DNA from: Octopus vulgaris
Taxonomy: Eukaryota
Length of the DNA stretch: 64,000 bases
Assembly: GCA_951406725.2 (NCBI GenBank)
Contig: OX597837.1
Location: 17,918,001-17,982,000, forward strand
Reading direction: 5' to 3'
The notes under the pieces were generated by a model. The model saw only the letters and a program-made list of their open reading frames with translations. It was not told where the DNA came from and did not search any database. This document shows, piece after piece, positions 25,235 to 38,583 of this stretch (the first letter of the stretch is position 1; each line of letters opens with the position of its first letter). Position numbers and translations under genes: made by a program.

Positions 25235-28200
25235 CTGCCTCCATGTTGATATGTGCTGCCTCCAAGAAGTAAGGTGGAGAGGAGGCTCCGCTAGGTTCCT
25301 TACAGGTACAAGATTTTCTAGGCAAGGAACACTGACAGGGTTGGGGGCATGGGTATACTTCTTGCAGAGAAATGGGTTGATAAGGTAATCGAGGTAGTCA
25401 GAGTATGCGACAGAATACTTAAGATTAGATTAGTGCTTCATCATGGGTTAGCAACCATTATCTCGGCCTATGTCCCGGGATTACCTGTTGGACAGAAAGA
25501 CTGATTTTATGACACCCTCTTGCAGACTACCCCGTTGACGAATGACAGGGACCTTTTCTTTGAGGCTGGTGACTTCAATGAGCATGTTGGACAGCATGCT
25601 GGGGGCTTCCATGGCATACATGGAGGCTACAGTTTTGGTTCCCACAATGAGGAGGGAACCAGGCTGCTGGAGTTCTGCGATGCAAATGATCTTATGGTTT
25701 GCAAAACTAACTTCAGGAAACCTGCCAGTCACCTAGTCACCTACCGTTCTGGCAAACACATAGCCAAATTGACTACATCCTTGCCAGAAACAGGGAAAGA
25801 TGGCTGCTTATAAATGCCAAAACCTTCCCAGGTGAAGAATGTACCCCACAACTTAGACTGGTAGTTAGCAACTTCAGTATCAGGGCTAAATGCATACCCA
25901 GAAGACGACCAGCATGGAGGAGAAGGGTCTGAAAGCTTAAAGATCCTGCAAATGGATAGAGATTTAGAGACATATCACTCGAAGCCTTTGATGAAATAGA
26001 AGGGGATATAGCTTTGCACGATGTTGAAGACAACTGGAGGTTTCTATGGGACAACCTGCTGCTGAGGGCCTCTGACTGGATCTGTGGATGGTGCTAAGTC
26101 CCCTCTTGACACAAAATAATGTGGTAGTGGAACAATATTGTTGACAGAGCTATTAGAGAAAAGAAACAGGCTTGGAAGAACTAGAAGAATGGTAGCAGGG
26201 AAATGTATCAAACTGCCAGAAGGGAAGCTAGGAGACAGGTTTATTTTGTCAGAGGGGAAGCAGATAAAAAATTTGCCAATGTTCTGTTCTGTGAGAACCA
26301 AATACTTGAGGTATTTCGTGTTGCAAGACAGTGCATGAGAGAAAATCATGATGTCATAGGAGAGAAATGTGTCCACATAGATGATGGTTCACTTGCACTA
26401 AACGAGGCTGCAAAGAGAGAGGCTTGGAGATGCCACTATGAAAGGTTGCTCAATAAAGAAAATGAATGGGAGAAAGAGAGTCTGCCGAATGTCGACCCAA
26501 CAGAGGGACCAGCTATCCAAATTGACACTACCTTGGTAGATAAAGCAATTAAGAGTATGTAGACAGGGAAAGCCACCGGCCCATTAGGAATCATTGCAGA
26601 GATGCTCAAAATATCTGGCAGTGTTGGCTATAGCCTAGTCACCCGTATAGTTAATCAGGTGATACACGAAGGAGTCATACTCAATGACTGGTGTAGCAGC
26701 ACCGTAGTCAACTGATACAAAGGTAAAGGTGATGCTTTAGATATAAATAATTACTGAGTTATCAAGTTGTTGGATCAGGTAATGAAAGTCACAGAGAGGG
26801 TCATAGCCCAACTAATTAGGGAGAGAGTCAGTTTAGATGAGATGCAGTTTGGGTTCAAGCCAGGGAAAAGCACCACTGATGCTATATACTGGTAAGACAG
26901 CTCCAGGAGAAATTCCTAGCCAAAGATAAACCTCTGTACCTTGCTTTCATTGACATGGGGAAAGCCTTTGACAGGGTCCCCTGATCCCTTAACTGGTAGT
27001 CAATGAGGAAACTAGGAATAGATGAATGGTTAGTGAGAGCTGTGCAAGCCACGTACAGGGACACTGTCAGTAAGGTGAGGGTTGGTAACGCGTACAGTGA
27101 AGAATTCTGGGTAGGGGTAGAGGTCCACCAAGGTTCAGTCCTCAGCCCCCTCCTATTTATCATAGTCCTTCAGGCAATAACAGAGGAATTCAAGACAGGA
27201 TACCCCTGGGAGCTCCTCTATACTGATGACCTTGCTCTGACTGCTGAGTCACTACCAGAACTAGAGGAGAAGTTTCAGGTGTGGAAACAAGGATTAGAAT
27301 TGTAGGGCCTTAGAGTCAACCTAGCTAAAACCAAAGTCCTAATAAGTAGGAAGGCAGACAGACCACAAATCCCTTCAGGTAGATATCCCTGCTCGATCTG
27401 TAGAAAAGGCGTAGGTAGAAACTCAATAAGATGTACCCAGTGTAAGCTACGGACACATTAGAGGTGCAACAATATTAAAGGTAGGCTAACTGAGAAGATA
27501 GTTTTTGTATGTGGAAGATGCTCAGGAGCAATAAACACTGAAAATGTGCAGAGAACAACTTCGTCACATTCCAGGGAGAAAAACTAGAAGTAGTTGATAG
27601 CTTCCATTACTTAGGTGACCAAGTCAGTAGCGAAAGGAAGATGCACTGAAAGTGTAGCTGCTAGAATAACAATAGCCTGAGCTAAGTTCAGAGAGCTCTT
27701 ACCTCTGCTGGTGACAAAGGGTCTCTCGCTCAGAGTAAAAGGTAGACTGTATGACGCATGTGTACGAACAGCCATGCTACGTGGCAGTGAAACATGGGCT
27801 GTGACTTCTGAGGACATGCGTAAGCTTGCAAGGAATGAAGCCAGAATGCTCCACTGGATGTGTAATGTCAGTGTGCATATTCAACAGTGTGTGAGTACTT
27901 TGAGAGAAAAGATGAACCTAAGAAGCATCAGATGTGGTGTGCAAGAGAAACGACTGCACTGGTATGGACATGTGGCGAGAATGGATGAGGATAACTATGT
28001 GAAAAAGTGCCACACCCTAGCAGTTGAGGGAACCTGTGGAAGAGGTAGACCCAGGAAAACCTGGGATGAGGTGCTGAAGCACGACCTTCGGACATTAGGC
28101 CTCACTGAGGCAATGACTAGTGACTGAGACCTTTGGAAATATGCAGTGTGTAAGAAAACTCGGCAAGCCAAGTGAGACCATAACCTGTGGCCTATGCCAG

Positions 28201-28702
28201 GGGTGTAACAAGCCCACTTATGCATATATTTCCTTCATTGGACACTAAACTCTGCTTACAAAGACCTGTTGAGGCAAGTGAAATCGAAATCGAATCAAAT
28301 TCGATGACTGGCACCCATGCCAGTGGAGCGCTAAGAGCACCATCTGAGCATGATCATTGCCAAAGCAGCTGAATGCCTTCTGTGCCAGTGGCATATGAAA
28401 AAATATTCGAGTGAGGTCGTTGCCAGTGCCCCTGGACTGGCTCCTGTGCAGGTGGCATGTAAAAAACACCATTTGAGCATGGCCATTGCCAGTACCACCT
28501 AACTGGCCCTCGTGCCTGTGGAATGTAAAAGCATCCACTACACTCTTGGAGTGGTTGGCGTTAGAAAGGGCGTCCAGCTGTAGTAACTCTACCAGATCAG
28601 ACTGGAGCCTGTTGCAGCCATCTGGTTTGCCAGTCCTCAGTCAAATCATCCAACCCATGCTATCGTGGAAAGCGGACGTTAAACAATGATGATGATGATG
28701 AT
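25235..28702 (+). mobile_element. RTE non-LTR retrotransposon, decayed (APE-RT, PHD-type finger, 3' UTR, (TGA)n tail)
   Basis: DMCCLQEVRW, AGDFNEHVG, KAFDRVP, VHQGSVLSPLLF, LLYTDD, CSICRKG..CTQC..H..C..CGRC, LHWYGHVARM, GRGRPRKTW; many stops and frameshifts. Confidence 0.95.
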
Positions 28703-31503
28703 TCATGAGATGTGGTTTCTGCCTCCCATTCTACTTCTTCCAACTAAATTGTGAAATATAATGGTACTAGCAGTAGAAGAAACAGGTAGAAAAATATAGC
28801 TGGATGATGTATAACTAGCAGAAGCATGGATAAAATATGTGTATATATTTTTGCATAATCTTGTTAGTCTTTTAAGTAGATTGAAGTGTGATTGAAACCA
28901 TACACTTACAATATACACATTGCTTTTAGCTTCGATGAATGCTGAAATTGACATTTAATCTCTAACTGTATTTTGGACTGTTTTCTTATTCCACTATGGA
29001 AGCTCTCTTGTAATCAAAGACCAATAACAGTGCTACTGTTATTTGACAGCTTGTTCATGAGATCAAATTTTGGCTTTGTTATGCATAAATCTGTCACATT
29101 TGCATTCTTTGGTCTCCATGCTGATTTCTGTAAAGCTAGCCTGTCATGTATATCCTGTGAAATATTAATTGGACATCCATCTTCCATTATTCTGTTATGG
29201 AAAATCTCTCAAGAATCTTCTAGTAATTTCCATTTATCTACTTATTTCTTTATTTACATTGTAAATCATATTTTTCACTTTTATGATTATCAAAGGCTTA
29301 TATGTTACAGTTGGTATGAGTAGCAGATGGAGTGAGAGAAAAAAATACAGAATGCAAATGCAAAGAAAGACAAGAATGTATGTAAAAGAGAGAGAGAAAA
29401 CAATAGATTACTAAATTGCAGAGAATTTTTGAGGGGTTAGTAACACTTGTATAGACTTATAATATTGCAATATAACATCTTTCTGTGTCATCTCAACTGT
29501 TTGAGACCCAATTATCTAAGATCTAATCTAACCACTTCTCAAATATTTCTCTGCCTATTTCTGTCATGAGTACCTTATACCATAAGGCACTTATTTTGTG
29601 CTGTCAAAAGGCATGGCTTAATGATTATGGTGTTTGGTTTCTGGATTGGTGACATGTCATATCCTTGAGCAAAGCACTTCATTTGACATGGCTCCACTCT
29701 ACCTAGCTGTAATGAGTGCCAATCTGATGCTGGTGTAATTATGGGATGAGACAGCTGGAGAGAGAGAGAAAGATAACTGCACCAGAAGTTGAGAGGGTGT
29801 ATATGTCTATTGACATCTTCATTAACATTTAAAACAATTAAGGGTAGTAAGGTACATATTACCTGGCCTTAATCACTTGTAAATGAATGCTGATTGGTAC
29901 TTTATCATGTGCTGTGAGCTATAAAGAGGTGTACTGGGGGCAAAGCATGAATTTAAGGTGTTGAGGTGGAGTTCAGTTATAAGATTTTAGGTAAGGTGGA
30001 TTTTTCATATGAAATGATGGAGGAGTAATGAGGGAAGATACATACTCTTTTGCAGACAAGTCCATCTTATACCACATCAAAAATAATGAATACTGAACAG
30101 ATTGTGTGTGGGTGTGTGTGTGTGGTGATGTTTCATTTTATTCTAACATTTAGGATCTAAGTTTATTTAAACATTTCTTAAACTAGGAGGAATGTTTCCA
30201 GGATTCCAGAGAGAAAATTTGGACTCCAAAAGAGAAATAGATTTTTAGGTTGAAAATTTTTGAAAATTTTTTACTCTTTATTTACACTGTATTTGCTAGA
30301 TATATGCTCTTTTAATGTTGGTTTTAAATATGTTAAATTAAAACAAGGTTATGTAATAAATTGTATTATAGATGACTATGTAGTGGGAGAAATGAGAAGC
30401 TCAACTAGTAAGCGGGGTGGTGGAATACAGAAGATTAAGAGGCACTGCTCTTTTCTATTGCAATATTTAAAAGAAAAACAATTATTACCCTTAAAAGTTT
30501 ATCTCTGAGCATTTCTACTTCATATTTTAATGTAAAGTAGTTAGAAGAGAGTTTTAGTTTAACTCAGACTTTCCCAGCTTGGAAAGCAGTAAGAGCTATA
30601 TATAAGGTAAAGAGTCTAAGGGTGTTGCAATGGGTTCTTAAATTAATGCTCTAGACATTCATTGCTACCCCATAAAGCTGTTTATGCTATTTTCCTGTAT
30701 TTCTCCTCCTAACTTTTTCAGTACTGATGCCTCAGTAAAATGCACCCAGTGCATTCTTTAAAATGGCTGACATTTGAACAGGCACAGTGTAGAGTTTTTA
30801 GTTGCATCAAGGACATGACCTCTTCCCTAGTGCCACAATAAAATGCACTTAGTCCACTCTGTGAGTAACTGGTGCCAGGCTGGGCAGCCAGTCATAAGAA
30901 CCATGATTTTTTTAGGAGAGAATTAACTCTGATTAAGAATTGACTCAAACTCTGACAACCTGTCTGACCCAAACTACCAAAGAAAACAGATGTAAATAAT
31001 GTTGATGATGATAATTATGATGATTATCACATCCTCACCTTTTTATTTTTAATTATGATAAAGAATAGTATCTTCCTTCATGATCTAAAAAAAAGATTAT
31101 CCACTTTTTTCTTTCTTAGAAGTGAATATTATCTGTTTACTTATATAAACCACAAATTTACAAGAATGATATTAAATTCTGTTCATGTACCCCCTCACAC
31201 CAGATTATTGACAGTGTAAAGTGATAGGAAATTACTCCAATAAGGAATCACAATTAGCTCATTAACTGACATTATCACTTATTTTATAATTCTGACTTTG
31301 TTTTTGATATTATTTCTAGAATCAAATCATGGATCTCAAATGAAATCAGTGTTAACAAAATATGACTCCTAAGGATAAATTTTGAGTAAATCTTATGGCT
31401 GTAGTCATAAGGAGAGTGTTGTTCATTTGTGTTATCTATGTAATGTTACTTGGACTACACTTGATGGTTGCAGTCTCTCCAGTAACTGGTCATAACTCAT
31501 TTC

Positions 31504-31572
31504 CCAGAACACTATGATCAGATACAGAAAGTGAGGCAAACATACTTGATGTATCTGATCATATTGTTCTGG
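31504..31572. ncRNA. isolated hairpin, pre-miRNA-like candidate
   Basis: 23-bp arms CCAGAACACTATGATCAGATACA / TGTATCTGATCATATTGTTCTGG (1 mismatch) around a 23-nt loop. Confidence 0.3.
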
Positions 31573-33136
31573 ACTATAAGATAATATATAATAGCTTTCC
31601 CTATTCCAGCAAGATATGAACCCCTAACACCAGGGAGGGCGATGACTGCAGTTATAAAGATTTATTCATAACTATCTTTCGTTCTTTCAATGATGATGAA
31701 ATAAGCACCAGTCAGTTTCAGTGCTGGGCATATTTCTAATTAAATACACTGATTTGTTTCAATTGATTTTGAAAATAATCAAGATTTTGGAATCTAAGAA
31801 TTGTCAAGTGTGCAATAAAAAAAAAATTACATACGGGACAATCTTATTTCCCTACAAAGGTGGAGAAATAAGATGGTTATTTTCATTACTGAGGAATTGA
31901 TCTTTAGGTTTGTTTATGATTAATCCTTAGCAGTTTCATTCCTGGCAATAAACTGTTGTTGTTGGTACTTGTATTTTGGTGGGGGAATTTTTTTAATGAA
32001 TTTTAATCTACTAAGAAAATATTGCAAGAGAACACTGAAAAACCAGTTCTTTATGAAGTTATAGACAACTTCCTTGCCATTCTCACCTGCAGAAGAAATA
32101 CAGTGACTCAGTGATTAGTGAATTGGAAACTTGTAATCAACAATGCTGTTCTTCACAAATTGTGATATAAAATTGATAAAAGAAATATACAAGCAAGAGA
32201 TGTCCACCATTTCAACTGAGGAATCTGTATTTCAATTTCAGAGGAAATGAGATAATTATTCTCAAAGGTATTGGCAATGTGTAAGCAGAAACTGAAACTG
32301 GATCATAGATTCAGCTTACTGCAGCCCCCTCCCTATCCTCCACTCTTTACCTGCCACATTAATACAGGGAAAGGTGAAGTTAAATGTTTGATGAAAGAAG
32401 ACCAGATTGAAATGGTGTTGAGAGAACAGATGGAACAGCTATCCATTCCTGCCATGCTGAGATGACCTGGAGGCTATAGTGTGATAACTGATGAGTAAAT
32501 GAGTTCTTTTTTGACTCACTGACTTGATTAACATACACACATACATAACTTTATATGAGCAAGTGTTTGTGTGTGTGTGTTTACATGCATGCTTGTGTGT
32601 ATGTGTTTACATGCAGGTGTGTGAAAGAGGAGTAGGGGTAATACAATGGCAAGCTAATGATGATGATGGTAATAATATTGATTTCTAACAGTGGCACAAT
32701 TCCATAATTTTTTGGCAGAAGGAAAAGGTATAGTCACTTAAATTATTCCAGTACTCGACTTGTACTCTATTTTCTTTGTTCTGCAACCATATGGTTCAAG
32801 GTTTGATCCCACACTATGACACTTTAGGTAGTGATTTTTACCTTAGCCTTTGGTTTATCAGTGCCACTTGAGTGGAATTTGGTAGATGGAAATTGAGAAT
32901 ATGCCATGTGTCAAACAAAAGTATTATGTTGAGTTATATCCATGGACAAAGGCTGATATGGTTGTTTGACAAGTTGAGATTGAAAGCAAAACTTGAAGAC
33001 ACCATCCCAGTATGATCTCGGTCTTTTTACAAGTATTCCAAAGAAAATTTTCATTTGATAATGCTTCAGTAAAGTATCTCAAAGAGAGAAGCACATTATA
33101 AGAGGTAAATAATAATAATAATTATTATTATTATAA

Positions 33137-34245
33137 GGGATGAGGAACTAAATAAACTCAAAGAGTGATGTGGTATGATTGTATGTAAAGAGGAAAACAG
33201 GTGGAAAGGAATTAGTGAGCAGTGAGAGTTATGTAATACAAGAAGAGAACAGCCTTGCATTGTATCTCAAGGGTAGTAAAGAAGAAATGATTAAAGCAGT
33301 GAAACTTCAGGGAACCTTAAAAGTGAATGATGCAGTAGACTCAAAACAATTTTAAAAAGTCCAGAAAAAAACAGGAGAAAGCTTGGCCTGACAAGAAAAT
33401 GCCACCAGTTCTTGAAGGATAAAGATGAGATTGACTGGAATTAGACTTGGTAATGGCTGCAAAGGAAAACCTAAAAGGCTGTACTGAGGCATTAGTTTGT
33501 GGCACTCAAGAGTAGGCTCTCAGAACAAATTACCCCAAGTATCATATTGATAAAAGTATTGACTCCCCACTATGTAGAATGTGTTACAAAAAAGAAGAAA
33601 GCATTAGCCACATGAGTGCAGTAAGCTGACACAGCATAAATATAAAAGGACAACATAGTTCATTGGCAGCTGTGTGATAAAGCAAACTTTGAGAGACTTG
33701 AGCAGTGGTATGAGCACAAGCCAGAGCTGGAAAATTAACAATATAAAATCTTCTGGGATATTAATATACAATTTGACCTAGTCATAAAGTCAAGAAGACC
33801 AGATATTGTGCTCATTGATAAAGATGAAAAAGAGGCTAGGTTCATTCATGTTGTGATAGTAGGTGATTCAAAGGTGAAAGATAAAGAACTAGAAAAGATA
33901 GAGAAATACCAACAACGCAGGGATGAGTTAGGGTGGAAAGCTTTGGGGCATGAAGAAAGTGATTGTGATACTGGTAGTAATTGGAGAATTGGGAGCAACC
34001 CCTTAGAGGTTTGAAAAACACAACGAGAATATTGGAGTTGCTATTAAGCTTGAAAGTGATCCTGGAAACAGCTTTGTTGGTACAGCTTATATTCTAAGTA
34101 TACAGGCAGTATCTTTGAGACACAGAAGAAAGCTTTACTTGAAACCTTTGGTAATTTGTTATTACCTGCTTTCAAGTAAAGAAAAACTGGAAATTAAGAT
34201 TTACCCACATGTCATAGAAAGAAGATAATAATAATAATAATAATA
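33137..34245 (+). mobile_element. R4/Dong-clade non-LTR retrotransposon 3' fragment (restriction-like endonuclease)
   Basis: LYVKRKTGGKELVS, TEALVCGTQE*ALRTNY, zinc knuckle PLCRMC...SISH...C, KIFWDINIQFD..IKSRRPDIVLIDK, KELEKIEKYQ; flanked by (TAA)n. Confidence 0.85.
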
Positions 34246-34797
34246 GATACCAGGCAGTGGCTCTCATGGCTTTTGATCTTAACTGATTGGAAGTGTTATC
34301 ATGTACATTGTTTTGTCTTGGTATAAAAGATGGGCAACAGCAAATATTCTGCTCAATACCACAAATTTGTTTGTCAGTTGTTTGACCTCAACCAGTTGAG
34401 CATGTCCCTTAGTGGCTGATGATATGTGCATCTCTGTCTGATCAGAAGTAGTCAGGGAGCATCATAACCATGTACCGAAAGGAATTCTTTGGAGTTTGAA
34501 TAATTCACCTCTGGAAACATGGGTGTTTTGTTCATCATCCTTAAACAAACCTTATTCAAGGACCTTTTGAGTAGGATGGGCTACTCAACCTGAAGAAAAT
34601 TCTAACTGGGCCCAACCTGCAAGGTCATCCACTGTTTGTCTTGATATGAGATCACCATGTGCACATATGGTTGTGATGCATGTGCCTGGTGTACCCTTAT
34701 CAGACAGGTAGTCATGATGGGTATATTGGGCTTTGTATATTTGTACCCCAATGTCACTTTGATGGCACGCACTACTCTCTCACTCAATAATAATAAT
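34246..34797 (+). mobile_element. non-coding TAA-flanked interspersed repeat (second copy)
   Basis: Inverted homolog of 5703-6135; ends CTCTCACTCAATAATAATAAT and directly follows the Dong fragment's TAA tail. Confidence 0.8.
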
Positions 34798-35109
34798 GCT
34801 TTCTTTATTAACCACAAGAGTTGACAAAAAGATCAAGGATTGTATTGGGTGATATAGTGTGGGATTACATAAGTAGAAATGTGTAAATGAGAAATTACAA
34901 AAAAAAAAAAATTTTAAGCAAAGAAACTTTCTAAAAGTGGTGAAACTTCTGAGAGCTACTTGTGGAAAACTCACAAAAACTACAGTCATGTTGACCACTA
35001 AGACAAGTGCTGCCTTCTTTTAGCTGTCCTTCTCCAATTTACAGGGACATGCTTGCAGAATGTCTGTTCACTCAGATATTAAGGATGAGAATGGTGATGA
35101 TGATAATAG

Positions 35110-35315
35110 CTTCAAATTGGTACTAGGCCAGCAATTTTAGGGGAAGTGTAAGTCAGTTGCATCAATCCCAGTACTCAACTGGTACCTATTTTATCAACCC
35201 CTAAAAGGATGAAAAGCAAACTCAGGGAAATTGAAACTTAGAATGCAAAGAGCCAGAAGAAATGCTACTAAACATTTTGTTTGATACTATAATAATTATG
35301 CCAGCTTGCTACCTT
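35110..35315 (-). mobile_element. SINE (family of 6184)
   Basis: Reverse complement of the GCTGGCA...TTAG...TTTGC..TTTCATCCTTT..GGGG body. Confidence 0.7.
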
Positions 35316-35439
35316 AATAATAATTTATAATAAAAGAAAAGACACATCAAGCTAAGTAAAAGCGTGATTGTCATTGCAAACAGGCTTGGCCCCTGCATCC
35401 TTCTCCAGCTGAGTATGTCTGATCTTGTGGGTTTGTGGG

Positions 35440-35643
35440 TGGCTGGTGCCACATAAAAAACACCTGTACCGTGTAAATGCACCTGTGTAAAGGCACCCAG
35501 TACACTCTGTAAAATGGTTGGCATCAGGAAGGACATCCAGCTGTAGAAACCAAGCCAAAACGGACATATAGAACCTGGGCCATCTCCTGTCAAACTATCC
35601 AACCCTTGTCAGCATGGAAAAGTGGACATTAAATGATGATGAT
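35440..35643 (+). mobile_element. RTE 3' tail fragment
   Basis: GGTTGGCATCAGGAAGGACATCCAGCTGTAGAAAC...GCATGGAAAAGTGGACATTAAA(TGA)n. Confidence 0.75.
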
Positions 35644-35702
35644 AAATAATGTTGATATTAATATTCTAAGTTCAAATTCAATTGACATCAGTTTTTCGCC
35701 TT

Positions 35703-35735
<33 letters not shown>

Positions 35736-35794
35736 TTGACTCTTTTAATACATATCAAGTACTATTTTATTGATGTTGGAGAGATGAAAATTAA

Positions 35795-36102
35795 CCCCTT
35801 ACCCGGCAGAAACGAATATATGCGTTTTGACCGAAATCGTTTTTTTCTATCTCTGGCGAGTTAACTCGTCAAAAGATAGACTCGCCAAAATCGACAGCAA
35901 ATGAGTTCCTTCGTCTTAAAACGGGTTAACTCGTTTCTGCCCAAAGCGGTAATTTAAAATCAATATTATTGAATTAAAATTCATAATAAATAAGGTTTGA
36001 AATATACCTCGAAATCACCATTCAAAACATAGTAAAATAAAACAATTAAAAAATATGTCTGAAAAAATACATTTATTTTCAAAATAATTGTTGGGTAAGG
36101 GG
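35795..36102. mobile_element. piggyBac-type MITE (308 bp) with TTAA target duplication
   Basis: TTAA-CCCCTTACCC...GGGTAAGGGG-TTAA. The flanks rejoin into a SINE body (GATGAAAA TTAA AATTGACTC..GGATTTAAACTCAGAA). Confidence 0.85.
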
Positions 36103-38388
36103 TTAAAATTGACTCTAGCAGGATTTAAACTCAGAATATAGAAAGGCAAGTCTGCATACTGCAATTTCACTATTTTTTTTATTTCTTCCAATATTCTGCA
36201 TTCAAAAGCAATCATCATCATTATTATTGTAATGAGAGCTTTGCAGTAGAAATAAATTCTTGGAAATCTAATACCAGTTTCAATTGTACACTAGTACCAT
36301 TTCATTCACCTCGTCTTATATATATATTTCTTTCTTCTCCACATCAGAAATTTCCATTATACTCTCCTAAAAATCATAGACTTTATGCCTATGGAAGAAA
36401 CAGTAATTATTACTGTTTTCCATGTCTGCTTTCTTTATAATTGATTCTGTGTAAATCCCCATTGTCTTTCTAATTTGTCCTTGCAAGGTCCCCTCATCTG
36501 TTCTCTTTGTAGCATATAGAAAAATTGTGTTGTTGTTGTTTCTTTGATAACAGTCTCCCCAGTGTACTATTAAGGTGTCTCAAATATATGGTCTAAAATT
36601 ATGTTAAGAAAATCCTGTTCTTGCCATTCTAAGAAAAGAATGGTAAGAAGTGTAGTGGTGAGGAGGGTAAACTAGGGAAACAATAGAAAAACAATTTTTC
36701 AACCAATTCCAGACAACTATTTATAGAATTCAGTAAACACAACAATCTTCTTTTTACTATATGTTGACGGGACTCATCCAAGCATGAAAACATTGGAGAG
36801 AAGGCGCCAGTTCCAACTATTTCTCTCTATTTGAACAGTTGATCAGTCTTTCTACAACAACCAAGTGAATGGGAGTGAATTTGAAGTCTTACATTTGTGA
36901 ATTGGCCACATGGTCTACATACTTTCCTTGTAACCCTTAATTTGGTGTAGTCCACATTCAAAACTTGTCTTTTTTCTTAAAGTGTGTGAAAGGCAAGTTG
37001 CTGTTGTTGTTTATCCCTTGTCAACTTTCATCAAGCTGGACCTATAAATCAAAGCAATCCAGCTGTGACTGTCCTATCTTTTTAGGGGTTTGCAGAACTA
37101 CATTATCTCATATACCCTTTTCTTTTTTAAGATGTAAGGTCTAATTTAAAGGCAGTTTGCTTGTTTTTTGTGTTTGTTTGTTTTTTTAAGTAGGGTGGGG
37201 ATAAGAAGACAAAGAGATTATGGTACTCAAGCCTTTCCAGAGGGGTAATTGGTGATATATGTGAAATGAAATTAACAATGGAAACTGTATCACAGAATCA
37301 GTCCACTAGAAACTCATTTCTACCTTGTGTTGTTTTTCTTCTTCTGGTTCTGAGATAAGACATTATTGGTTTAAATATTTTGTTTATTTTATTTTACTTG
37401 CTGGTAAACACATTGATAACCTACTGTGAAAGGGATGATGGTTGACTGGTTGTTTGTATTGATGTTTAAGGAGAACTGTTAGAAGTTAATGTTTCATGGG
37501 AGATGTAGGTGAGATGGGAGGGACTAGTTGCAGAGGTGGGAGGTGATTAGGTAAGGTGGGCATTGAAAAGACAAGAATGTTTAAGGTGTGAGGTAAAAAC
37601 CGTATAGGTAACAGTAGTAGTGTCTGACAGGTATATTTAAAATGAAGGAGATAGGACATGGTGTTGTGTAAATATCCCAATCATATGTCACTGATTTACT
37701 GTCTGCCAGTCTGTGTTGTATGGCTGTGCTGTGGCATGCTGGGGTAGGAGAAGGGGACTATGTTCTAAAATCTTAGATATTTTTTTCCATAACTACATAT
37801 CTCACTTTTCTTTTTGCTCACTGAAGTTCCTTTAGATGAAGCAGGTGGCCACTAATCTCCCTTCATTCTTGTGATTATTATCGTTTTCATCTTTTAGATT
37901 TGTGGTGTGTATATATTCAATTGTAAAAGAATAGTTGGTGTCTGAATAGCAGTATGGTAAACTCAAACCTCCTCCTCCTTCATTTTAACTATTGTCTTCA
38001 TTGGATCATCACTGCTAACATCATTATCTTTTTCTGATTGAGGATAATTTTTTTTTTTTTCTTTCTAAATAATGAATTTTGTGATTCTTATGAATGGATT
38101 TATGTGGGGAGTTTCTCAATAGGATCAGAAATATAAGTAAAATGATTCCAACTGAGGCTTGAATCCAAAAATCTTAATCTGTAGTCTTGTTTTCACAGAG
38201 AACTGACCATTCCATTGCACTTCATTGTGAACTGCTGGAATAAAGATACAAATAAAGCATCATCAGTTGATAGCAGTGATATACCTCTGTCTTCTTTTGA
38301 CTGTGAATAGGGACCTGGGCTCAGTGGAAAGTTTACACCTTCAGGTCATTTGTATTTGTTTTAAATTCCATTTCATTTGAAAACTTGA

Positions 38389-38391
<3 letters not shown>

Positions 38392-38446
<55 letters not shown>
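38392..38446. repeat. (CT)n microsatellite
   Basis: Uninterrupted TC dinucleotide run. Confidence 0.95.
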
Positions 38447-38448
<2 letters not shown>

Positions 38449-38583
38449 CACACCCACCCACATGCATACACATACATTAATAACTGTCTTTTCTTATTTT
38501 GCACGACCCTTACCCTCCTCCACAACAAATATATGAGCATAAAAAAATAAATACAACACACACATGCAAACATCTCCCTTTAA

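Noticed and set aside
32086-32225. Minus-strand exon bounded by TACAG and GTGAGA
   Set aside because: All three frames contain stops and there is no other support.
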